Source: Candidatus Krumholzibacteriota bacterium (GTDB taxonomy: Bacteria > Krumholzibacteriota > Krumholzibacteriia > JAJRXK01). Taken from it: a DNA stretch of 64,000 nucleotides. The stretch lies in NCBI GenBank assembly GCA_963806035.1, contig CAWDWO010000013.1, positions 32,001-96,000 of the forward strand, read 5' to 3'. Both the position numbers and the translations under genes were made by a program. Below the pieces are notes generated by a model. It made no database searches. It was given only the letters and a program-made list of their open reading frames with translations, and was not told the DNA's origin. How positions within the stretch are numbered: the first letter of the stretch is position 1; each line of letters opens with the position of its first letter. This document shows, in pieces, positions 38,941 to 49,100 of this stretch.

Positions 38941-39846
38941 TTGGCCACTCCGCGTGACATGCTTCTGGACCCCGAACTGCTGGGGCGCTTGAAGAGCCTG
39001 GAGCTCATCGCTCGCAGCCTGGTCGAGGGGTTTCTGGTGGGTCTGCACCGCAGCCCCTACCACGGATTTTCGGTGGAGTTCGCGGAATACCGGCAGTACA
39101 TCCCCGGCGAAAGCACGCAGAACATCGACTGGCGGGTCTTCGCCAAGACCGATCGGCACTACGTGAAGGTGTTTCAGGAGGAGACCAATCTGATGGCCAG
39201 ATTGCTTCTGGACGTCTCCGCCTCGATGGATACTCCGCCCACCGAGGGACTGCCCTCCAAGTTGCTTTACGCCAAGTTGCTCGCGGCCGCACTGTCCTAT
39301 CTGCTCTTGAAGCAGAACGATGCGGTGGGGCTGGTGACCTTCGACACCAAAGCGCTGGAGATGATTCCACCGCGCAGCTCGCGCAAGCAATTGATGCACT
39401 TGATGGCCCGTCTGCAGAATGCGAGCGTGGGCCGCCGCACCCACGTGGGACAGGTGCTGAGCGAGATGGCCGACCGCATGTGGCGCCGGGGACTCGTCAT
39501 CGTGATCAGCGATCTCATCGACGATCCTCAGACGGTGCTGCGCGGCCTGAAGCATTTCCGTCACCGTCAACACGAGGTCCTCGTCTTCCACGTTCTCGAT
39601 CCCCGTGAGCTGGACCTGGACTTCGGCCGTCAGGCGCGCTTCGTCGACCCCGAGGGGGACTTCGATCCGATCAGCGCGCAGCCCTGGCACCTGAAGGAGA
39701 GCTACGCGTCAGAAGTCAGCGCCTGGCGCAAGCACCTGGGCCGGGAGTGCGGGATGCACCAGATCGACTACGTGCCCCTCACGACGGAGACTCCCTTCGA
39801 TGTCGCGCTCATGGCCTACCTGGCCAAGCGCGCTCGCCTGGGCTAG
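38941..39846 (+). CDS. DUF58 (vWA) protein
   Basis: GLHRSPYHGFSVEFAEYRQY, IDWRV, LLDVSASM, VISD. Confidence 0.95.
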   Translation: MATPRDMLLDPELLGRLKSLELIARSLVEGFLVGLHRSPYHGFSVEFAEYRQYIPGESTQNIDWRVFAKTDRHYVKVFQEETNLMARLLLDVSASMDTPPTEGLPSKLLYAKLLAAALSYLLLKQNDAVGLVTFDTKALEMIPPRSSRKQLMHLMARLQNASVGRRTHVGQVLSEMADRMWRRGLVIVISDLIDDPQTVLRGLKHFRHRQHEVLVFHVLDPRELDLDFGRQARFVDPEGDFDPISAQPWHLKESYASEVSAWRKHLGRECGMHQIDYVPLTTETPFDVALMAYLAKRARLG

Positions 39847-39855
39847 GAGCTGGCG

Positions 39856-41979
39856 TTGAATTTTCTCCATCCCGCATTTCTCTTCGGGCTGCTGGCGGCG
39901 GGCATTCCGATCCTCTTGCACTTCTTGCGGCGCAGGGAAGTTCAGGAAATTCGATTCGCTCCCATGCGCTTTCTCAAGCCCTCGCAGGAGCAACAGAGTC
40001 GTCGCCTGCGGCTTCGGCGCCTGCTCCTCTTGGCCCTGCGCGTGGCGGCCTTGGTCTGCATCGTTCTGGCTCTGGCCCGACCCACCGTGACCGGCGGACT
40101 GTCCTGGCTCGCTCCGGCCGGCAGGGGGGTGAGCGTGCTGGTGATGGTCGACGACAGCGCGTCGATGCGCGCGCAGGCCTCCGGGGGATCGCTCTTCGAG
40201 CTCGCGCGCGAAGAGGCGGGCGAGATCGCCGCGGGACTCTCCTCGAGCGACGAATTCGCTCTCGCCGTTTTCGACGATGGGCTGCATCCCCTGCTCGAGG
40301 ACTTCGTGCGCGATCCGAACCTGGCGCTGGCTCAGTTGAAGTCGCGAGACTGCGGTTTCTCCGCCACCAACTACTTCGCTTCGCTCGACAATGCCCTCGA
40401 CTTCCTGAAGCGGGCCGCCCACCCGCACCGGGAGATCTACCTGGTGAGCGACTTCCAGCGGGCGCCCGAAGATTCCGTGGCGCGCAGAACTTTGGCAAAG
40501 CGCCTGGCCGAGCATCCCGACACCCACGTCTTTTTGCGCCAGGTGGCAGCGGAGCCCTTCGTGAACCGTCAAGTGGAGCAGGTGCGGCGCCCCGCCTCGC
40601 TCTTGCATCCCGGAGAGACGGCCGAAATCTCGGTGAGCGTGCGACAGGACGGCGAGAAGCCACTGCCGGTTCAGGTGTTCTTGACGGTGCAGGGTGAGCC
40701 GATGGGGGAGACCGAGATCCAGCTGAACCAGGGGGAGAGCGAGAGCCATTCGTTCCCGGTGACGCTGCCCGAGGCGGGTGATCTGGCCGGCTCGGCGCGC
40801 CTGCGGCCCGATCGCTTTCCCTGTGACGACCAGCGCTTCTTCGTGGTGGAGGTCACCGATCGCGTGCCGGTTCTCGTCCTGCGTGGCTTCACCCAAACCG
40901 AAGCGCGGCGCGACCCACTGCTTTTCTTGGCCGCGGCCCTTAATCCCGATGAGAGCGACGCGGGGGATTTCGCGCTCACGAGCGTGGACTGCTCCCGTCT
41001 CGAGGTGGAAACGCTCTCCTCTTATCGGGTGGTACTGGCCGCGGATCCGGACGAGTTCGGGGCAGCGCGCCTGGCCGCACTCAGCGACTACCTGCGCGGC
41101 GGTGGCACCATGCTGCTCTTCTGTGGCGACCCGCGCGAACGGGAATACGCCAACGAAAATTTGCTGCCGACCTGGACCACCGCGCGCCTGGGTCCCTTCC
41201 GCGGCGGTGAGGAGAGCATCGAGCACCTGCAGGTCGTCGCCCGCGATCACCCCATTTTTCAGGGCTTCTCCCGCGAGGAGATCGCCACCCTGGAAGAGGC
41301 CAAACTGCGCGATTTCTACCGGATCGAGGGACAGGCCGGCCACCCGCTCATCGAGTACCGCGGCGGAGGAGTTGCGGTCAGCGAGTTCAAGGTGGGCGAG
41401 GGTAGGCTCCTGCTCTGCGGCTTCCATCCCTCGGCCACTTCGGGGGATCTGCCGTTCTCTCCCATGTTTCTTCCCTTCGCCCAGCGCGCCAGCGCCTATT
41501 TGGCCACGGCGGCCGGCGGAGGTCTGCACCGTGAAGTCGAAGTCGGGCAGGCGCTCTCGTGCGAGGCTCCCGGCGGCCTGAAGGCCGAGTCGCGGGTGGA
41601 GCTGCGCACTCCCGACGAGCGGCTCGTGCCGGTGGAGATCGATGCCACCGCCGCCCCGCCGCGGCTTCGCTTCGGGGTGATCGAGCAGCCGGGTCTGTAC
41701 GAAGTTCTGATCGAGGGGGCGGCGTGGGCGCAGTTCGCGGCCAATGTTCCTTCCGCGGAATCCGAGCGTAAATTCAGTACGGGCGAGGATTTCATCCGCG
41801 AGAACTTTGGCTCCTCGGCCCGCGGCGTCCGCGCCCTCAAAGGCGAAGATGTAGCGCAAGACCTCCAGCGTGCGCGGACCGGGCGCCCCATCCACCGCCT
41901 CTTCCTGCTTCTGGCCGGGCTCTTCCTGCTCGCCGAGAGCCTCTTGGGAAGGCGGGTTTCGCTCGGGGGCGAAGGTTGA
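39856..41979 (+). CDS. BatA N-terminal + vWA domain membrane protein
   Basis: MNFLHP..PILLH, LALARP, VDDSASM (MIDAS), VSDFQ; C-terminal TM LLAE. Confidence 0.92.
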   Translation: MNFLHPAFLFGLLAAGIPILLHFLRRREVQEIRFAPMRFLKPSQEQQSRRLRLRRLLLLALRVAALVCIVLALARPTVTGGLSWLAPAGRGVSVLVMVDDSASMRAQASGGSLFELAREEAGEIAAGLSSSDEFALAVFDDGLHPLLEDFVRDPNLALAQLKSRDCGFSATNYFASLDNALDFLKRAAHPHREIYLVSDFQRAPEDSVARRTLAKRLAEHPDTHVFLRQVAAEPFVNRQVEQVRRPASLLHPGETAEISVSVRQDGEKPLPVQVFLTVQGEPMGETEIQLNQGESESHSFPVTLPEAGDLAGSARLRPDRFPCDDQRFFVVEVTDRVPVLVLRGFTQTEARRDPLLFLAAALNPDESDAGDFALTSVDCSRLEVETLSSYRVVLAADPDEFGAARLAALSDYLRGGGTMLLFCGDPREREYANENLLPTWTTARLGPFRGGEESIEHLQVVARDHPIFQGFSREEIATLEEAKLRDFYRIEGQAGHPLIEYRGGGVAVSEFKVGEGRLLLCGFHPSATSGDLPFSPMFLPFAQRASAYLATAAGGGLHREVEVGQALSCEAPGGLKAESRVELRTPDERLVPVEIDATAAPPRLRFGVIEQPGLYEVLIEGAAWAQFAANVPSAESERKFSTGEDFIRENFGSSARGVRALKGEDVAQDLQRARTGRPIHRLFLLLAGLFLLAESLLGRRVSLGGEG

Positions 41980-42016
41980 GAGAGAGCCCAAACGATCGCC
42001 TTTTCGCACGATATCC

Positions 42017-42046
42017 TTGCAATCCGGCGCGAAAGCGCGCTATTCT
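42017..42046 (+). promoter_or_regulatory. sigma70-like promoter TTGCAA-N18-TATTCT followed by a ~170-nt leader
   Basis: Hexamers read directly; leader hairpin CTGGTGT..CGCGA / TCGCG..ACACCAG at about 42162-42198. Confidence 0.55.
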
Positions 42047-42220
42047 CAGCTGGGCTCCATCAACGCTCGATTCGTGTCCCCAAAGTCCTCGGGCTTGAGC
42101 ACAACGGACAGTGATTGCTCGCACCTCCGGGGCTTATGAGCCGTCTCGACTCAACAACATTCTGGTGTACGCGAGGTCCTAGGTCGCGGAACACCAGCAG
42201 GTCAATTTAGGGAGGCACAC

Positions 42221-42898
42221 ATGCGATTTTTGCGCACGATGCTCGTTGCCTTGTTCGTGCTGGGAGCCCTGGTCCCCGCTACGATTGCACAAGGTATCGA
42301 GATCTCTGACTACATTGGGTACGCTTGGGAGACCGGTGGATTTCCGCCGAGCGATCCGGGAGACGTCCTGCAGTTCGTCGGTGTGGCCGACTGGATGGAT
42401 CCCATCGCGGGCGTCGATCTGGCCACCGAGGAAGTCACCTACTACGTGTACGGGCTCACCAGCCTGGGCGCGTCCGCGGATGATCCTGCTGTCGGCTACA
42501 CCACCTACTACTACAGCGGCGGCACGCTCGAGATGTATCGAGATTCCGCGAAGAACGCGGCCTACGGGATCAATCCCGCCAACGCAACCGCACCCTCGAC
42601 CTTCACTGATGGCACCCTGTTGCTGAAGGGCGCCTTCACCAGCTTTGCCATCACCTTCGATCCCTTCGGTGGCGCGAGCTACGGCGGTGCGGCCGACGGG
42701 TTGGCCGGAGAACTCATCACCAGCTGCAGCGGTTGCATCTACTCCTGGGGCGGTACCTACACCGTCGATGTGGGAGCACAGATCCCCGAGGGATACGACA
42801 TGCAGCTCGACGGGATTCTCCAAATCGACTCCGCCGTGCCCACAACGGACGCGAGCTGGGGTACCATCAAGTCTCAATACGGCAGCAGCCAACGCTAA
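42221..42898 (+). CDS. Secreted acidic beta-rich protein with C-terminal SWGTIKSQY tail
   Basis: GGGAGG RBS; signal peptide TIA-Q; core YSGGTLEMYRD..TFTDGTLLLKG. Confidence 0.85.
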   Translation: MRFLRTMLVALFVLGALVPATIAQGIEISDYIGYAWETGGFPPSDPGDVLQFVGVADWMDPIAGVDLATEEVTYYVYGLTSLGASADDPAVGYTTYYYSGGTLEMYRDSAKNAAYGINPANATAPSTFTDGTLLLKGAFTSFAITFDPFGGASYGGAADGLAGELITSCSGCIYSWGGTYTVDVGAQIPEGYDMQLDGILQIDSAVPTTDASWGTIKSQYGSSQR

Positions 42899-42910
42899 GG
42901 AGGACAACAG

Positions 42911-43552
42911 ATGAAGAAGATGCTTCTCGCCCTCTGCTGCGTGCTTTTGATCGGCGTGCCGCAGTTCGCTTTTGCGCAACAGGCCTTCGACTTTCTGGGT
43001 CAGGCCAACATTCCCACGACCATCGGGAACCCCCTCTCCATGTACAGCGTGGTGCAGGAGGGTTCCGGCCTGGTCGTTCCTCCTCTCCCGTTGGATTTTG
43101 CCAACTACGATTACACGGTCGTGGTCACCGGAGCGAATCTCCTGACGGATACTGGTAATGCCCAGACCTTCGCGGCTGGAGTCATCACCATTTATGAGGA
43201 CAATGCGACGGTTGCGGACTACGCCAATCCCGGCACCTTCACCGATGGCACCGCGATTCTTTCCGGGGTCATTTCCGGGCTTTCTCGTTCGGACGTCACT
43301 CTCACCATTCCGCCGTTCGCGCGCCAGATCAGCATTCTGGGCACGGTGGACTGGACCGGGGGAACGCACCTGGACGATCTCGCACCGGCCGACCAGACCA
43401 ACTGGCCCTTCCTCGCGGCTGGGAGTCGTGAGGCCGGCAACGTCGAGCCCGGTTACGACGAACAGTGGGACGGCAAGGTCGAGCCGCGAGAGCCGGTGGT
43501 GGGTTCTGAGTCCACCAGCTTCGGCGGGCTCAAGGCCGGCTTCGACAAGTAG
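42911..43552 (+). CDS. Secreted paralogue with C-terminal SFGGLKAGF tail
   Basis: AAGGAGG RBS; signal peptide AFA-Q; core FAAGVITIYED..TFTDGTAILSG. Confidence 0.85.
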   Translation: MKKMLLALCCVLLIGVPQFAFAQQAFDFLGQANIPTTIGNPLSMYSVVQEGSGLVVPPLPLDFANYDYTVVVTGANLLTDTGNAQTFAAGVITIYEDNATVADYANPGTFTDGTAILSGVISGLSRSDVTLTIPPFARQISILGTVDWTGGTHLDDLAPADQTNWPFLAAGSREAGNVEPGYDEQWDGKVEPREPVVGSESTSFGGLKAGFDK

Positions 43553-43659
43553 GAACTCCATGCGCCACGTCGTGCAGCGACGTGGATGGCAGTTCGATCA
43601 GCGTAGGGGCCAGTCCAATCGGGCTGGCCTTTCGCTTTGAGATCTCCTCTATTGTGAGT

Positions 43660-44922
43660 ATGAGACGGCGCGATACCGCATCCTCCTTCCTGTGGCGCGA
43701 AGGACGCGTGCTCCTTTTGCACCGCAAGGAGAGTATGCGCTCCTATCCCGGGCTGTGGTCGGTCATCAGCGGCAGGGTGGAAAGAGGGGAGACGCCGCTG
43801 CAGACGGCGCGGCGCGAAATCCGCGAGGAAACGGGTTATGAAGGGGAGGCCTTGCGTCCTCTGGCCGCCGCCGCGCCCTTCGAAGTCTTCGAGGAAGAGC
43901 GCGATACGCAGTGGAGGGTGCATTCCTTTCTCTGGCTACTGCACTCGAGCCGTCCTCCGTGTCTCAACCAAGAAAACGACGCATTCCGCTGGCAGAAGGA
44001 CCCGCGACTTCCCGAGTTGAAGACGGTGCCCCGCTTGGCGGAGGCTCTGCACTCGCTTTTGCCCAGGCCCATTCCACGATCGCTCGAAGCGGTCGAGAGG
44101 CTGCGCGCCGATCGCGAGCACGGAGCGGCGCAACTCGCCGTCCAGCTCTTGGATGAGTTCGAGGAGATCCTGCCTCTGCTTCACGACTGGCCGCAGCTGG
44201 TGGTCGCGGCAATGAAGTTCGCGAATGCTCGTCCGGCGATGACGCCCCTGGCGAGCCTGAGCTGGCGCTGGCTTGCGGGAATGGGCCCTCTGCAGCTCGA
44301 GCAAGGCTCTCTGCCCCACGCCGCGCCGCTTCGTGCTCAAGAGCGCGAGACTTTGCGCGAGCGAGTGGGCGAGCTGCGCTCCGCCCACCATGATGCTCTC
44401 GCTTTGAGCGCGGCTGCGGGTGCGCATCGCCTGCAGGCCGCTCAGTCAGCGGCAACCTTTTCCTATTCCAGCACGGTGGCGCAGGCCTTCCGTCTGGCCC
44501 TGAAATCCGGCCGCGGCCCACGACGCGTGCTTCTCTCTCACGCCTTGCCCGGAGGGGAGGGGGAGAGCTTCGCCCAGCAGCTCGGTGCGTGGGGATACGA
44601 AGTCGAGCTTCTTTCCGACGAAGAACTCGTGAGGAGGATCGGCGAGGCCGAAGTTCTTCTCTTGGGCGCGGATTCGCTCTTTCCTGACGGCAGCTTCGCC
44701 AACAAGATCGGCAGCGCGCGCCTGGCGGAAGCGGCCAAGGTTCAAGGCGTCGAGGTTCTGGTATGCGCGGACTCCTTCAAGAGGGCCGTCTCGCGCGAGG
44801 ATTTCGCGGCCGAGACCATTGACGACGGCAGCGGGCAGAGCCCGCTGTTTGAAATCGTGGCATCCTCCCTGGTCGATGTGGTGTTGGATGAGTTCACACC
44901 AGACGCGGATCGCGCGATTTGA
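43660..44922 (+). CDS. NUDIX hydrolase fused to an eIF-2B/MtnA-like domain
   Basis: Nudix box GRVERGETPLQTARREIREETG; then DREHGA, RPAM, TFSYSSTV, LGADS, NKIGS. Confidence 0.88.
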   Translation: MRRRDTASSFLWREGRVLLLHRKESMRSYPGLWSVISGRVERGETPLQTARREIREETGYEGEALRPLAAAAPFEVFEEERDTQWRVHSFLWLLHSSRPPCLNQENDAFRWQKDPRLPELKTVPRLAEALHSLLPRPIPRSLEAVERLRADREHGAAQLAVQLLDEFEEILPLLHDWPQLVVAAMKFANARPAMTPLASLSWRWLAGMGPLQLEQGSLPHAAPLRAQERETLRERVGELRSAHHDALALSAAAGAHRLQAAQSAATFSYSSTVAQAFRLALKSGRGPRRVLLSHALPGGEGESFAQQLGAWGYEVELLSDEELVRRIGEAEVLLLGADSLFPDGSFANKIGSARLAEAAKVQGVEVLVCADSFKRAVSREDFAAETIDDGSGQSPLFEIVASSLVDVVLDEFTPDADRAI

Positions 44923-44947
44923 GCCGGAGGACTATTTTGTGCCCGCC

Positions 44948-46117
44948 ATGAATGATGCCGAGCTGATCTATCTCGACAACAACGCCACCACGCGCCCCGA
45001 TCCGAGAGTCATCGAGGCGATGATCCCGCTCTATCGCGAGAAATGGGGCAATCCCGGCAGCCATCATCGCCGCGGCGACGAGGTCGCCGCGCTCCTGCGC
45101 AAGGCGCGTCGCCAGGTGGCCTCCGCTTTCGGATTCTCTCCCCGCGAGGTGATTTTCACCGCGGGCGGTACCGAGGCCGATGTCCTGGCCCTGCGCGGGG
45201 TGGTTCTCGCGGCGGATAGACCGCGCCATCTCGTGGTCTCTAGCATCGAACATCCCGCGGTCCTCACCACGGCCGAACAACTTCAGAGCGAAGGAGTCTG
45301 CGAACTCTCGCGGCTTCAGGTCGACGGCGAAGGACGCGTGGATCCGGCGCAATTACAAGAAGTGTTGAAAGCGCACACGGTTCTGGTGAGCGTGATGAGC
45401 GCCAACAACGAGACGGGCGTGATTCAGCCCATCCAAGAGCTCGCGGAGATCGCGCACGCCGCTGGCGCTCGCTTTCACACCGACGCAGTCCAGGCCGTGG
45501 GCAAGATCCCCCTGGACGAAATCGCGGCCCAGATCGATCTACTTTCTTTCAGCGCGCACAAATTCCACGGCCCCAAGGGCACGGGAGCTCTCCTGGTGCG
45601 CGACGGCGTCCCCTTCTACTCGCAACTGAAGGCCGGCGGACAGGAGGGTGGAAGACGCGGGGGCACCGAGAATCCGGCCGGCATCATCGGCCTGGCCACT
45701 GCCCTGGAGCTCGCCCTCTCACTCATGGAGGAGGCGGCGAGCCGGATGAAGACTCTGCGCGAACACCTGGAATCCGGCCTCGAGGCGAGTGTAGAAAGCC
45801 TCGAAATCACCTCGAAGGCCGCCGAACGAACCTGCAACACCACCCACTTCACCGTGGAGCAGATGGAAGCGGGGGCTCTGCTGACACTCTTGGACGAGGC
45901 GGGAATCGCGTGCTCGGCCGGCTCCGCCTGCAGCACCGGCAGCCTGAAACCCAGTCACGTCCTTCTGGCGCAGGGCCTGGCCCCAAAGCGGCTGCACGGC
46001 GCGCTGCGGCTCTCGCTCAGCCGCGAGACGACCCGTGAAGAAATCGATCGAGTGCTGGAGCTTTTGCCGCCCATGGCAGAGAGACTTCGCAGCTTGAGCA
46101 CGGGGGGCATGGGATGA
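44948..46117 (+). CDS. iscS: Group I cysteine desulfurase (IscS/NifS family)
   Basis: YLDNNATT, ANNETG, HTDAVQ, SAHKFHGPKG, SAGSAC. Confidence 0.93.
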   Translation: MNDAELIYLDNNATTRPDPRVIEAMIPLYREKWGNPGSHHRRGDEVAALLRKARRQVASAFGFSPREVIFTAGGTEADVLALRGVVLAADRPRHLVVSSIEHPAVLTTAEQLQSEGVCELSRLQVDGEGRVDPAQLQEVLKAHTVLVSVMSANNETGVIQPIQELAEIAHAAGARFHTDAVQAVGKIPLDEIAAQIDLLSFSAHKFHGPKGTGALLVRDGVPFYSQLKAGGQEGGRRGGTENPAGIIGLATALELALSLMEEAASRMKTLREHLESGLEASVESLEITSKAAERTCNTTHFTVEQMEAGALLTLLDEAGIACSAGSACSTGSLKPSHVLLAQGLAPKRLHGALRLSLSRETTREEIDRVLELLPPMAERLRSLSTGGMG

Positions 46118-49100
46118 AGGCGGGCGCACCAGCCGCCAGCGAACTCTCTCTGGATTCGCTCGAGCGCATCCTCTCGATTCGCGGTCTTCAGTCCTGGTTC
46201 GACGGGACATGGAAGGAGACCGGAGCGGAAAGCTGGGCGGCCAGCGGGATACAGGGCAGTGCTCTGTCCTGTCTTCTGAGCGCGCTCTACTCGCGACGAA
46301 AGAGCCAGTGGTTGATCGTGGCTTCCGGGTTGGAGGAAGCGGAGGCGATCTGCGACGACCTGGAGATCCTGAGCCGCGCGCCGGTCACCTATCTTCCCGA
46401 ACTGGAAATTCTGCCCTTCGACCGCCGCTCGCCCACCCGCGAGATCCTCGCCACCGTTCAATCCGGCCTGCACACCCTGGACACGGGTGCTCCGGGATTC
46501 TTCGTGACCACGATCTACGGCCTGCGGCACAAGGTGATGTCGCCCGCCCGGCTGCGCCATTATCGCCTCGTTCTACGTCGCGGTGAGAGCGTGGATACCG
46601 ACGCCCTGCAGGAGAAGCTGGCCGCGCTCGGCTACCGTCCCGCCGGCCTGGTGGAAACTCCCGGTGACGTGGCGCTGCGCGGGGGGATCATCGACGTCTT
46701 CAGCCCGGGCCAGGAATATCCGGTGCGCATGGAGTTCTTCGGCGACGAGCTGGAGAGCATCCGGAGCTTCGAGACGGCCGACCAACGCTCCACCGGTGAA
46801 CTGCAGAGCGTCACCATTCTTCCCTCCGGTCCCTTCGTGATGGATGACGATACGCTGCTTGAGGCGCTGGCGCGCGTGGAGTCGATGGAGGAGTTCTCCC
46901 CAGACGATCGAACCCACCTCATCGAGAAACTCCAGGACAGATTGCACTTTGCCGGAATGGAGAGTCTCGCCCCCTTCTTCCACGAGCAGGCCACGCTCCT
47001 CTCGTACCTGAAACCCGACGCCCCCGTCGTCTTCGTCTCCCCGGACGATCTGGGCAAGAGAAGCGAAGAGCTGGATCGCGAGACCCGGCGAGTGCGCGGT
47101 GACCGGCTTGCCCACGGCGATCCGGTTCCCGCGGCGAAAGAGCTCATGGCCACGCTCGAGGAACTAGAGGCCGAGCTCGAGGAGCGGTCGCGGCTGTGGC
47201 TGGGGGAGATCGTGCTCGCCGGCAGCACGAAGGCGCCTCTTTCCCCGCCGGCGGATCGCCAGACTCTGCAAATGAACACGCGCAGCCAGGAGCGCGGCAA
47301 GGGCGAGGTGCAGAAGCTGCTTCAGGAAAGCTCGGCGCTGGCGAAGAACGGACAGGACGTATTTCTGTTCTGCGGCAATCGCGGCCAGACCGAGCGCATG
47401 GGCGAGCTCTTCGAGGAATTCGATCCCGAGCGGAGCTTCGCGCGGCCGCAGCTGCGCGTGGGCAGTCTGCGCGCGGGCTTCAGCTGGCCCGAGGCCAAGC
47501 TGGCCATCTTCACCGACCACGAGTTCTTCGATCGCTACCGGCGGCCGGCGCGCCGGCCTCGTTTCCACGGCACCGCGCGGGTCAAGGATCCCAAGACTCT
47601 CCACTCGGGTGATTTCGTGGTGCATGCGGAGCACGGCATCGGTCGCTATCTGGGTTTGCGCAAGCTCACGGTGGAGGGCGTCGAGAACGAGTTCTTGCTG
47701 CTCGAATACGCGGACAAGGACCGCCTCTACCTTCCCACCGACAAGCTCTTGCTCCTGGAGAGATACGAGGTCGGCGAGAGCGGCGAGCCCACCCTGCACA
47801 AATTGGGCTCCGGTCAGTGGGAGCGTACTCGCACGCGGGCACGCAAGGCGATTCGCGCCATGGCGCAGGAACTTCTCTCGCTCTACGCGGCCCGCAGCTC
47901 CCTTCCTGGCCACGCATTCGGAGAGGACACCCACCTGCAACAGGAGATGGAGGCCTCCTTCCTCCACGAAGAGACCAAGGACCAACTCAGTGCCGTCGAG
48001 GCGGTGAAGAAGGACATGGAATCCCCGCGCCCCATGGATCGTCTGGTCTGCGGCGACGTCGGATTCGGAAAGACCGAAGTCGCGATGAGAGCCGCCTTCA
48101 AGGCGGTGATGGGCGGCATGCAGGTCGCGGTCCTGTGTCCCACCACCATCCTCGCCGAGCAGCACGGGGAGACCTTTTCGCAGCGGATGCGCGAGTTTCC
48201 CGTGCGCATCGAAGTCCTGAGCCGCTTCAAGTCGCGCAAGGAACAGAAGGAGACGCTGAAGAGACTGCTCAAAGGAGAGATCGACATTCTGGTGGGAACC
48301 CATCGGATCTTGGGCCGCGACGTGAAGTTCGCGAAGCTGGGACTCTTGGTGGTGGACGAGGAACAGAGATTCGGGGTGCGGCACAAGGAGAGACTCAAGG
48401 AGATGCGCAAGCAGGTGGACGTGATGGCGCTCTCGGCCACTCCCATCCCGCGTACTCTCTACCTATCTCTCATGGGAGCCCGCGACATGTCCATCATCGC
48501 GACTCCTCCGCGCGATCGACTTCCCATTCATACCGAAGTGGTGCCCTATCGCGAGGACGTCATCGAAGAGGCCATTCTGCGCGAGATGCACCGCGGCGGG
48601 CAGGTGTTCTTCGTGCACAACCGGGTGGAGACGATCGATGCCATGGCGGAAGTCGTGGGACGCATCGTCCCCCACGCCCGCATCGCGATCGCCCACGGCC
48701 AGATGAAGGAGGCTCAGCTCGAGCAGATCATGCGCGATTTTTTGGCGCGCAAGTACGACGTCCTGGTGACGACGATGATCATCGAGAGTGGTCTGGACAT
48801 GCCGAACGTGAATACCATTCTCATCGACCGCGCCGATCGCCTGGGACTGAGTCAGCTGTACCAGTTGCGGGGCCGCGTCGGCCGCAGCCGGCATCTGGCC
48901 TACGCGCACCTCATGACTCCCTCGGGGACGACCCTCGCGCCCGACGCGCGCAAGCGTCTGGCCGCGATCCAGGAGTACACCGACCTGGGCAGCGGTTATC
49001 GTGTCGCGATGCGCGATTTGGAAATCCGTGGGGCGGGCAACATCCTGGGAGAGGCCCAGCACGGCCACATCGCGAGCATCGGTTTCGATCTCTACTGCAA

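Noticed and set aside
39709..42009. Long antisense ORFs (e.g. 39709..42009, 37924..39690, 49686..51242, 58959..60635, 5514..7124)
   Set aside because: Shadow frames opposite well-supported genes, expected in GC-rich DNA; no motifs
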